Source: Chlorokybus atmophyticus
Taxonomy: Eukaryota > Plantae > Mesostigma and Chlorokybus algae
Assembly: GCA_009103225.1 (NCBI GenBank)
Contig: RHPI01002264.1
Coordinates: forward strand, 37,633 to 101,632
Length of the DNA stretch: 64,000 nt
Direction of reading: 5' to 3'
This document shows, piece by piece, positions 20,815-31,794 of the stretch. Position numbers and translations under genes: made by a program. The notes under the pieces were generated by a model that was not told where the DNA came from, did not search any database, and saw only the letters and a list, made by a program, of their open reading frames with translations. Position 1 is the first letter of the stretch. Each line of letters starts with the position of its first letter.

Positions 20815-23124
20815 CCAAAAACAATGGCAAGCTACGCATGTGTACTGATTACCATGCGTTCAACAAGGTAACTGTGACAAACAGATACCCTTTGCCTCGG
20901 ATTGATGATTGGTTTAATAAGCTGTCAGGTGCAGCAGTGTTCAGCACAATGGATTTGACCAGTGGTTATCATCAAATCAACATCCACCAATCAGATACAC
21001 AAAAACTGCATTTCGCACCCCACTAGGACAATTTGAGTATAAAGTGTTACCATTTGGGTTAACAAATGCACCAGCTACATTTAGGCAGCAATGAACGCGG
21101 TATTTGCTGATGAATTGTACAAGTTTGTACTGGTATATCTTGATGACATTATTGGGTTCAGCAAAACCCGGGAGGAACACCACAAGCATGTACAATTGGT
21201 TCTAGCTAAGTTACGCGAACACAATTTCTATGCCAACCTGTCCAAATGCAACTTTGCAAAGGATGAACTACCCTTTTTAGGGCATATGATTGTTTAAGAG
21301 GGATTGAAACCGGACTCTCAAAAGGTGTGTGCGGTGAAGGATTGGCCACCACCCAAGGATGTACGTCAGTTACGTGCTTTCTTGGGGCTAGCTAATTATT
21401 TCCGCAAGTTCATGCGAGCATATTCGAGCATGGCAAATCCTTTAACATCTTTACTGAGAAAGAATGTTAAATATGTGTGGACGGAGGCACACGAGGTTGC
21501 TTTTACACGCATTAAAGATGCATTAACACAAGCCCTTGTGTTTGCCTTCCCCGACCACATCAAGCCTTTTGTGGTGATCAGTAATGCTTCCACCATTGGG
21601 TGTGGGGCAATCCTTCTACAGGATGATAGACCATGTGCATATGAAAGCAGAAAGTTCATTCCTGCTGAACGTAATTACACAACCATTGAGCAGGAATTGC
21701 TCGGGGTGGTGCACGCGCTGCGCACATGGCGTTGCTACTTGGAAGGTGTGGAGTTTTCAGTGATTACTGATCACAACCCGCTCACATTCTTTTATTCGCA
21801 ACAGAACCTGTCGAGGCGGCAAGTTAGGTGGAATGAATTCATTTCTCGTTTCACTTTCACTTGGCAATACCGTCCGGGTTGCACCAATGTGGCGGATCCA
21901 CTAAGTCGTAGCCCTGCTCTTTGGGCACTTACGCGCTCTCGAAGTACGCGTAGTGTGCAACAGCCTAAAGATCCTGTCTTAAAGGAAGTGTCCACAAGTT
22001 ATAACTGAAATGATTGGTTTAGCAGTCAAACCAACTTGCAACAGCTTACTGCTGTTAGCAATCTGTGGTATAAAGGGGAGCAATTGGCAATGCCCAACTC
22101 GGGCGACTTGCATAAGCAATGCTTACATTCAATGCATGACCCGCCGTATGCTAGACATTTGGGGAAACACAAAACACTCAAAGCTGCGCAAAAGTTATAC
22201 TAGTGGCTGTCAATGTCAACTGATGTGGATCAACATGTTTGCACATGTGACGTATGTCAACGTAATAAGCCACTACGAACAAAACAAGCGGGATTGCTTA
22301 AACCATTGCTAATTCCAAAACAAAAGTGGGATAGTGTCAGTATGGATTTCATTACCGACCTACCTGAAACAGTAGCCAAATACACTGCTATTGTGGTTTT
22401 TTGTCGACCGTTTGACTAAAATGGTGCATTTTGCCTCGTGTTGCACAACTGTGAGTGCATGGGACTTAGCACATTTATTTGTGTCCACGGTTTTGTAAGT
22501 TCACGGTGTATCGCGTGAGTTTATCACAGATCATGATCCTCGGTTTGTCTCCAAGTTTTGGAGAGAAGTCTATAAATTGTTGGGGGTAAAACAAAGCATG
22601 TCGACTGCTTTCCACTCGCAAACGGACGGACAAACTGAGCGAGCAAATCAAACACCGGAAGCAATGCTTCGCCACTATGTGTCTCCTAACCATGCTGATT
22701 GGGAAAGGTATTTGCCAATGGCAGAGTTTGCTGTGAACAACGCGTGGCAGGAAAGTGTAAAGAAAACCCCATTTTTCTTGAACTATGGGATTCGCCCGAA
22801 CACACCAGCGTCATTGCGTGTACCTCGCACTGCCCTGACTGTACCAGCGGCAAAGGAATTTGCCACTGATATGCAAGAAAATTCGGCTCGAGCCAAGCTA
22901 TGTCTGTCAGAAGCACAAGACAAGCAAAAAGCTTATGCTGATACACATCAAAGAATGGCCACTTTCGATGTCGGCGATAAAGTTTTGCTTAACGCGAAAG
23001 AACTCGCTATTTGATGAAATGGAAAGGGTATGGCCCAGAACATAACAGCTGGGAGCCCGACAGGCATCTTACGCACTGCCGCGAGTTGCTTCGAGCTTAT
23101 TATGATTCACGTCCTGTCCCGTAA
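20815..23124 (+). pseudogene. Element A RT remainder, RNase H, integrase and chromodomain (several stops and frameshifts)
   Basis: [64 protein letters not shown]; chromodomain YLMKWKGYGPEHNSWEP at about 23008-23060. Confidence 0.93.
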
Positions 23125-23258
23125 ACTGTGGGCTTGGTTTTATGACAGACTGGCAGTGCCATTTCATTACCACCCTGTCATTTCATGCTATCTCACTTGT
23201 TATAATTACTCGAAATCAAGCCTGATCAACTTGAGTTCAACGAGGACGTTGAAAACTT

Positions 23259-23271
23259 AAGGGGGGGGGAA
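23259..23271 (+). promoter_or_regulatory. Element A polypurine tract
   Basis: AAGGGGGGGGGAA immediately before the 3' LTR. Confidence 0.9.
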
Positions 23272-23797
23272 TGTAACGGGAGCAATAATAATAGGTGTAT
23301 TATTGTTACATAAATAACACATTCTGTATGAATAAGTATCTAAATATGCTTATTTATACCTCTTTTCTACGGTTCCTCGCTTATTAAAGGCTATGATGCT
23401 TTATCATAGCTTAGATAAGTTCCAATGGGTGTAGAAACGCTTATTCAAGCCTCTGGTGTCACATTTGATAAAATGTGATCACTATCTCGTTAGGTACCTT
23501 ACGATAGGTATCTTTCGATAGGTACCTTATTGATAGGTACCTTATCTGAGCTGTGATTGGCTTACGCTAGATTTCCTAACTACCCTATCTGAAGGGTCGA
23601 TGTCTAATTGTGAGTTAATTATTGAGAGGTATATATTTGATATACTCTTGATATAAGAGGTCACATCAAACTGATGTGACCTCACTTTGAGTTCTCTGCT
23701 CAGTGGCGGCCACGCCGCTGAAAGGCTTGTCATATGCGGTGTGGGTGTTGGGGTAGAGGATTAAAGGGGCATCACCGGCATCGGTGGTGTCGTTACA
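23272..23797 (+). repeat. Element A 3' LTR (526 bp)
   Basis: Paired with 1408-1929; followed by the GCTGA TSD. Confidence 0.95.
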
Positions 23798-24123
23798 GCT
23801 GACGTGTTAAGCTTAACATCCAGAGATCGGATCGACGACTATGCACGTATGTACTGATCATGCGAAAGGGGTATATGTCCACATATAACATTGTATATCA
23901 AATAATATAAAAGCATTTCAAAGTTACCAATCAAATGATACCATCTCGCTGCGCAAGTGATCGTACAATAAAAAAATGAAAAGTCTTTGTGAGCTACACC
24001 CATTGATGCTGTGTACATTCGTAAGTGTGTGACATGCACAATTGATATGAGAATGAGGATGAGTGGGCGTGTGTGAACGGTGACAAACAGTAGCCTTGTG
24101 TGTGTGTGTGCGTGACTGCAATA

Positions 24124-24300
24124 GAGCGTGATTGTGTTAAGCGGGAGCGTATGTATGGAAAGTAAAAAATGGTAGGTAAAGGTATGCTGAACAAGTGTGT
24201 GTGCTATTGTAGTGGAGCGTCATTGTGTTAAGCGGGAGTGTATGTATGGAAAGTCACAAATGCAGGGTAAATGTATGTTGAAGGAGTGCGTGTGTTGTAC
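24124..24300. repeat. Degenerate ~91-bp tandem repeat (2 clear copies)
   Basis: ATTGTGTTAAGCGGGAG(C/T)GTATGTATGGAAAGT at 24131 and 24222. Confidence 0.8.
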
Positions 24301-24620
24301 TTGGTAGGTCATGCTTGGCGGGGTAGGTGAAGGTTGCCGGAGATGGTGTGTGTTGGTTAGTGAATGAGGTGTGTGGAGAGTGGCCTCTAAAAGAGGCTCA
24401 CAAAAATTGGAATAGGCTGCGGTGTGTAGATAACCCACGGTATTCTTTAGTAAAAGGCGAAAGAATAGTACGCCAGATGAGTCAACTACGCAGCTGATGA
24501 CAACAACAAAAAGTCGCTCTGATTATATACGCCTTCTCTGCTCGGCTTGCATCGCATCAAGCGCTGGGTACAAAAAATCCATCGCAACCGTTGTGAATCA
24601 ACATCAACGGCTATGGAACG

Positions 24621-26274
24621 ATGCAGTCCGGTAGCGGGACCGCAGCCCTGTCGGTTGGCATGGCGGCGACAACAGCGGCGGCGACGGCAATAGCGGCGGA
24701 GGTAAGGTCGCTCATCAGGCATGAGGACGTGGAGGAGCTGCAGCGCTTGCAGACGCAAATGTGCGTATGAGGAATTGGACTATTGCGTGATAGTGCATTC
24801 GCCGGCTGCTGGTTATGGGCTTGATGAGAGCCGCGTGCATGCATGTGACCAAAACCATTTTTGGTGGAGTGAATTGCAAACATGGCAGCTAAATGTTGAT
24901 ACATAATCCTCTTTGAGTTCACCTGCAGTTGTCAATGCATGCCGTGTGCTTATGCGAGAAAGTGTCATCATTTTGTCAAGGATTTCCTCATTCACGCAAA
25001 GCGTTGTTACGCTGTGCATAATGATGACCCCCAAATGAGTATTGTGTTTGCATCAATGGACATTAGCAAATCTTCATTGAGCTCTGGCATCCGTCACCAA
25101 CGACACAAGCCAACAACCACTCACTCCTTTTCTCATTCAACCATTGGCGCATGTCGGTATACTCAACGTGACAGTCATTGGTCCCCATACTGTTTGAGCG
25201 CTACCTCACACTCGCTGTGTCTGTATGTGTGCATGCATTGGTGTGTGTTACAGACTGAACAGGGTGCACGATAGCGCAGCGGTGCTCAACCACTTCAACA
25301 CCTACGCTGCCCACCTCCTACCCAGGTACGTCACTGTGCGTGTGTTTTCGTGTGTGTGTGTATGCGCGCGCTCACGCGCAATGTAAGCAGCCACTGTACG
25401 TGTAATGCGAGTGATTCAGAGTCATTACAAATGGTCATGCATCACCACTATCGTGCATGCTTGCGCAGGCTGCAGGTGGATTTGGCGCAGCGCACGCGTT
25501 CCTTCCGCGCCATCCACCGCGACCTCGACCACACATTCAAACGCATCAGGCATGCCCTGGCCACCTTGCTGGCCTCACCCACTAACTCAATTATTTGTTT
25601 GTTCTTGCATGTGTTCAATCATGCCTTTGTTGTTGAGGTTGTTTGCACTTACCTCGCTGATGCATTCAGTCGTGTACACAGGCGGTTGTTGTTTGGTTCG
25701 ATCCTTTCATGCATGAATTCGCTCACTTGCTCAGTTGCTATGCTTCGCTTGTTTTGCTGTTATCCATGCATGCACGTACAATGCATTCCAACCCACGTGG
25801 TTTCTTCACTTGCTCAACTACATACACCCAGTCCTCCCTCTTCTCAGTCTCCAAGCACTCAATTCCATTGCATACTCTCCTTCGCGCGTTCACCCAATCA
25901 CACTTGATCACATGCTTCATACCCACCCATTTCCCCCTCCCCCCAGGAACTTAAAGGCTCGACTTCAGCGCGCCTACCCGCACGCCTTCCCCGCAGACGC
26001 CAACAACACCGATGCGGGCGAGGACGATCCCGGCGACCCCGAGACGAGCCGCTCCGCCCCCTCCGACGCATACCAGGCTGCCATCGCCGTCGCCGACGCG
26101 CATAACCGACCCGGCGTGCCGGCCGCGCCTGCCGCAGCAGATGGTGCTGCGAATGTGAGTGCAGGAGGAGGGGGGTGGGATGCTGGTGGGGGGGATGTGG
26201 GGGGAGGAGGGGGACATGTGGGCAGTCTGGCGGAAGTGCCGGATGTCGCGCTCGCGGCCGGCCACCCATTCTGA
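24621..26274 (+). CDS. KXD1: KxDL-motif protein (KXD1-like, BORC/BLOC-1 associated); exons 24621-24760, 25254-25325, 25469-25549, 25947-26274
   Basis: Spliced product contains LNRVHDSAAVLNHFN...RSFRAIHRDLDHTFKRIRNLKARLQRAYPHAF, matching the KxDL domain. Splice phases are consistent. Confidence 0.82.
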
Positions 26275-26815
26275 TTGGAGTGAGAAGCTAAGCATAGCGT
26301 AGTGTAGTGCACAGCTGGTGTGCTGTGTGTATATATGTACAGGAAATGTCTGTGTGCGCGCATGCGCCGTGCACAGCGGTGCTGTGGCACACATACAACC
26401 TAGTGCATTGCACACGTCCAACATGCCTCGCAGTGCAACACATGCCAACACATATAATCACCTACCTCACACGCATGCGCGACCACCGGGCCAAGCCACT
26501 TGTCTCTTCTCATCCTGCCCTACCTCTCTACCACTCACCCTACCACGCTCACTACCGTGCGCGTGCGTGTGGTAGATGTTGCCACACTCGCATGCAACAA
26601 AGCAGCACGGCACTGCCAGCGATGACAAATGTACAACATGGGATAAATACAACGTCATGTACAGCAATCTGTCTGTATGGAGGCTGCTGAGAGCCTGTGT
26701 CTGACGGAACGGTGAGAACACGACTGCACAATAATTGCACAAAGTTACAAAGATGGCGCTACTGCTACGTGTGCGCCTTGACCTCGACGCACACCACTTG
26801 AAGTTGGGTCTTTTG

Positions 26816-28864
26816 CTACTCAATGACGGGGTACGACGCGCACGCAGCGATGCCTGCAACATCATATCAGTAAGGTTGAGTGTGGTACGTGCCAACAAAC
26901 CACTCTTAACATGCATGGCTGGCCACTCACCGCACATGTCGACCCCGCGCTCCATGAGAAAGTACCCGTCATTGCCCCACTGCCACACGCACACATCACT
27001 CAACAACGTTTCCTCAACACATCATGCGCAACAACACAATAAACACTTGTCCCTCCTCTCACCTGCGCAGACCAGCTGTTCTTGATGATCCAATACGGCA
27101 CCTCCCTCTTACGCATGTTGTTACTACCATTACCCGCACGTGCCGTATCATACCCAACAGCGAGTACCGCATGATTGACCGTATCCGGTCCCTTCCTACA
27201 CTCTCCACTCTTGTACACTCCCTCGTGATAGAACCTCAGGTCCTTCACCACTTCAAACGCAACACTCACGGGTCCATGAAAGCCCACTGCTCTCAGTATC
27301 CCCTCCTCGTGCCCCTGCGTGATGTTGTGCACGGCGGCCACGCGCACGGCCACGTCATCGCGTTGGAAGAGGCAGGAGTCGTGTTGGGTGGCGTTGTCGC
27401 CGGCCACATAAGGGTAGGAGGACTCGGTGTCCAGACCGCCGGTGAAACGGATGTACTCGAAGGCGTGGGACGGGAGGCCGCCGAAACAACCGTCTGAGAG
27501 AGGGGCAGAGAGTGAGCATAGTCAGATACAGAACAGGTGTGGCTGGGGGATGTGTGTGTGCGTGTGCGTGTGCGCACGCGTGTGCGCACGCGGGTGTGGG
27601 TTTGCACCCGCATGTGCGCAGCAAGTGGTGCATACATGGAAGTATGCGTGTGCTTATGTGCAGCTGTGTAATTGCCTGCGCATGCGCGCGTAAGCATGTG
27701 CTTGTGGTTGTGCTTGTGCGTATGCATGTGTGCACGTGTATGCATGCGTGTGCACACATCTACAGAACCTAGCCATCCACTATGTTTGGATTGCACACGT
27801 GCATGCATGAGCAACATACACATGCACCCGAAACACGCAGCCAGATCATCCCCATGCCTCTCCTCATCCCAACCAACCATCCCCCACCCCCACTCACGGT
27901 TGTCGTAGTCCTGCGCGCAGTCGACCAGCTGCTGCTCCGACAGCGACACGTTCTTCCCGTGCTTGATCAACAACGCGGACTCGAGCGCCCCCGTCGTCGA
28001 GAACGTCCAGCAGCTGCCGCAGTGGCCCTGGTTCTTCACGGGACTCACGCCACCGTCGGCACGCCAGTCGCGACGCACGGGGGGCTTCAACTTGTTGGCG
28101 AAGGGAGTATTGGTATCGTCTGCGTCGTCTGTGGTTGTGGCGGAGCAGTTTTGGGAGGCGCCGAGGAAAGAGGAGGCGAAGTCTTCCCATGACACGTCCG
28201 CAAACCCTGGGACAGTGGTAGTGTTTGTTGTGGGTTGTAGATGCATGTGTACATGTGTGTCTCGACAGAGTCGTCGAGAGATCGTGTGCGTGCGTGCTTA
28301 CTGTTTAGGGCGAGCGTGTATGTGTGTCCAGCGGTGTCTTTGGCTGCGTTGTGCGCGTGCACCAGGAGAGCGTTGTCCCTGAAGGCCTCGTACGCACGGG
28401 CACGGGCGTCGCTGTTGAACCCATACTCATCCACATACTCCCTGTTGAAGCCATGCGCGAACGCCTCGAACAACTCGCTCAGCCGCTCCTCCGTCAACAG
28501 CGACGAGGAGGAGGTCAAGAAGGAGGCGGGGGAGGACCCTCTGCTCAAGCCCAACGGCGCCGGCTAGGAGGAGGAGGAGGAGGACGAGGTCAGTAATGAT
28601 GTTGTCCAAGAGTGCAAGGAGGAGTAGGTGATTGTGCCTTACCAGTCCTGCTGCGAGTAGTGCGATGTCGTTGGCGTGTGTGGCTTCGTGCACGTCGTCG
28701 GCGCCGCCGTCCTGGACCAGCGGGTGATCAAGGTCGACGGAGCCGCCAAGGCCCGAGAGAGGAGAGAGGCGGGCGGCGGAGGAGAGATGAAGCGGGCTGA
28801 AGAGGACGAGGAGGAGGAGAAAGAGAGAGGGGGCCGACGCCGCTGAGGACGTGGACGAAGTCAT
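26816..28864 (-). CDS. Papain-family cysteine protease, cathepsin H/aleurain-like; exons 28864-28643, 28563-28302, 28206-27898, 27493-27063, 26979-26931, 26853-26816
   Basis: Signal peptide, I29 prodomain, QNCSAT mini-chain, [55 protein letters not shown]. Six exons in consistent phase. Confidence 0.95.
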
Positions 28865-29834
28865 CGCCGCCGCCGCCGCCGCCGCCAACCACAACCACTG
28901 CGACGACAACAACGTCAGCAAGCGCTGCTGCTAGCCAATTCGCTGTCTTTGCTTCTTCTGGTCCCCCAGTCATTGTTAGCAATCGTTCTCGCTCGCGTTA
29001 TTGCTTCCGTTGTCGTCGTGATTGTGAACATGCTGTCAGTGGATGAATACTCGAATCTAAGAGCCAGTTGTGAACCAGTGTGCTACTGGCCGAACAACTA
29101 CAGCGCTGCACAACAGTCGAAGTGCATACCAAGCCCGCGTATGTCAATGTCTCTTTCTCTGTGCAACATGCGCATTGCATTGCAATGATGTGGCTGTGTA
29201 TTATTGACTATGATTACAATTAACGCGGTGGTGTTGATGATGATGATGATGACGGTGTTGCATGCTGCATGCGGCATGTAGCAACCCTCCGCCCTCTGTG
29301 CATGCGCAAGAGTTCACTTCTTAAGGGGTGCAGCGGATGCAGAGACACACACAGTCAATGCACCACCTCTCACTCTTCTCACAATCACAACCATGCGCAA
29401 GAACCAGGTGTCAACCAATACTATACACATTATCAGCACTCCATCTTTTGTACACCCGCGGACTGAAAGGCATAACCGATGACGGCCATGCCAAAGTCAT
29501 TTTGCGCGGGGAGCACGCTGTCTGGTAACACAGCTGCCCGCGTGGCCAGCAGCGACACTGCGCACTGACGGCTGCACTGCACGACAGTGAGACGTGACGT
29601 CGCGAGAGGGAGGTGCGGGGCAGAGGGGCGCATGCGCCATTACTACTTGGCTGACGCTGCTACTCGTTCTTGGGGCAGGTAATGGCTGACGAACATGCAT
29701 GCATGTGTGGTGGTGCATATACTTGCTGGTGTCTCTGTCTCCCGTGTGCTATGCATGTGACTTGCGCTATTGCATGCGATACACCTTGTGCATGCCGCTA
29801 GTTGCGCCTGAGATTCTTATATACACACATGCCA

Positions 29835-30055
29835 TCATCCCCAACTAGTGTCTTGGTGTGCAGAATCTCCTTATGCCGAGCGCGGCCGCGACAGGCTTCA
29901 CCACCGCCGACAACGACAACGACACCTTCCCTCTCCCTCTCGTCTTTGTAACCTCCTGCTTGCTCTTATTTGTCGAACTCATCAATCATCATCACGCCAT
30001 CGTGGCCGTCACGCGCCGACGCCTGGGACTTGAACTCGAACAGTGCGCACTTTGG
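29835..30055 (-). pseudogene. Duplicated EXO1 3' tail fragment
   Basis: Paralogous to about 31790-32010 (SP.RRRVT.TMA...VVKPVAAALGIRRFCTP). Confidence 0.85.
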
Positions 30056-30059
30056 TTGT

Positions 30060-31306
30060 TGTCGTTGTTCATGTCATCGTCTGTGGTTGTGGTGGAGCAG
30101 TTCTGTGATGGGACAAATCCGAGGTAAGAGGAGGCGAAGTCCTCCCGCGACATGTCCGCAAACTCTGTGACAGAATCAAGTTGTCGTTGATGTTGAAGAT
30201 GTGGACATGTGTGGGCTCACTGTTTAGTGCGCGCGTGACTGTGTATCAGTCGTCCTCTCTGTCAACGTCGTGTGCGGACAGCAAGGATGCGCCAGACCTC
30301 CTGCTTGAGCCCAACGGCGCCGGCTAGGAACAGAAAGAGTATGAGGACCAGGTGAGTGACTACGCTGTTTGTGAGTTCAAGGAGGAGGTGGAGCTGGTGG
30401 TGCTTTACCAGTCCTGCTGCGAGTAGTGCGATGTCGTTGGCGTGTGTGGCTGCGTCCTGGTTGTCGCCGCCGTTCTGGACCGGCGGGTCACTCCAGGTCA
30501 ACGTGGCCGTTCAGGTTGTCGGTGGAAGCAGTACATTCATCATCCGATGTTGATCTAGTTCTGGAGCCACAATGAGTTCTTTGGAAGTCCTCTTCCGACA
30601 CGTCCGCAAACATCATGGCAGAGCTATGTTGTTGTCGTTGTTGTTGTTGATGATGCGCGTGTGAAAATGTGCATGCATCCATATGTGCTCACGGTTTAGT
30701 GCGAACTTGGCCCAGGGTGTACCGTCCTCTTTGACGTTGTTTGCGTGCACCTTCCGCGCGTTGTCCTTGAACGCCTCATACGCACGGGCACGGACGTCGC
30801 TGTTGCTGCTGTCCTCGTCCGCATACTCCCTGTGGAAGCCTCCCGCGAACGCCTGGAACAGCTCGCTCAGCCGCTCCTCCGTCAGTGGCGACGCCGACAA
30901 GGTGGACGAGAACAAGGAGGCGGAGGCGGGGGAGGAGGAGGGCAAGGAGGAGAAGGAGGGCAAGGACAAGGACGACCTTCTGGTCAAGCCCAAAGGCGCC
31001 GCCTAGGAGGTGGACGAGGACAAGAACGACGTCAGTGACTATGTTGTCCATGAGGTCAAGGAGGAGAAGGTGTGTTCCTACCTTTCCTGCTAAGAGCAGA
31101 GCGATGTCGTATGCGTGTGTGGCTTCGTGCACGTCGTCGGCGCCGCCGTCCTGGACCAGCGGGTGATCAAGGTCGACCATGTCGTCGCCGAGGCGCGCGA
31201 GAGGAGAGAGGCGGGCGGCGGAGACGAGGTGGAGCGGGCTGAAGAGCGGGACGACAAGGAGGAAGAGGAAGAGAGGGGCGGCCGCCGCCGCCGCTGATGA
31301 CGCCAA
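30060..31306 (-). pseudogene. Two partial, degraded copies of the cathepsin 5' exons (signal peptide and I29 prodomain, no catalytic domain)
   Basis: 31306-30490 copies exons 1-3 ([11 protein letters not shown]...[20 protein letters not shown]) with TTG in place of the start ATG and a lost exon-3 acceptor. 30490-30060 repeats the exon 1 end, intron 1, exon 2 start and exon 3 start. Confidence 0.85.
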
Positions 31307-31794
31307 TACCGACGCCTACCACCACCACCACCACAACAGTAGTGATTGCTAAGACCGCCGATTCGCTTTCATGTCTCTATTGATAAAAAATTGTAATTGT
31401 GCGCACGCTGCTGAGCGTTGGAGCTTGATGCACGCGTACACATCGAGTCGCACACAGTACTTGTCGTTGATCACTGCGCAATGGGCTGACCAGTTGATGA
31501 GTTGCACAGCACTCGCAGTGCATGCACTCCAGTGTATCTCTCGGTGCGCGACATGCACATTGCGTGGCGTCGTTGCGATTGTGTGCTGTTGACAAGGATG
31601 GTGGTGATCTGGATGCATGTGATTGTTAGTATCATCCCTCTTCTTCTTACGTATGCAAGAGTTCGTTGTCAAGGGTGCCTGCAAGCAGCAGGTGCAGAGA
31701 CACACAGGGCACACACAACCTCTTTCCCACACCCACAATCAGACGCGCAAGAACAATGCAACAACCAGTTGCACACAATCACGCATACTCCCAA

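Larger units (their letters stand above)
1408..23797 (+). mobile_element. Element A: degenerate chromodomain Ty3/Gypsy LTR retrotransposon hosting nested elements B and C
   Basis: TGTAAC...GTTACA LTRs at 1408-1929 and 23272-23797. 5-bp TSD GCTGA at 1403-1407 and 23798-23802. PPT, gag CCHC knuckle, protease, RT YLDD, RNase H, integrase and chromodomain in Gypsy order. Confidence 0.96.
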
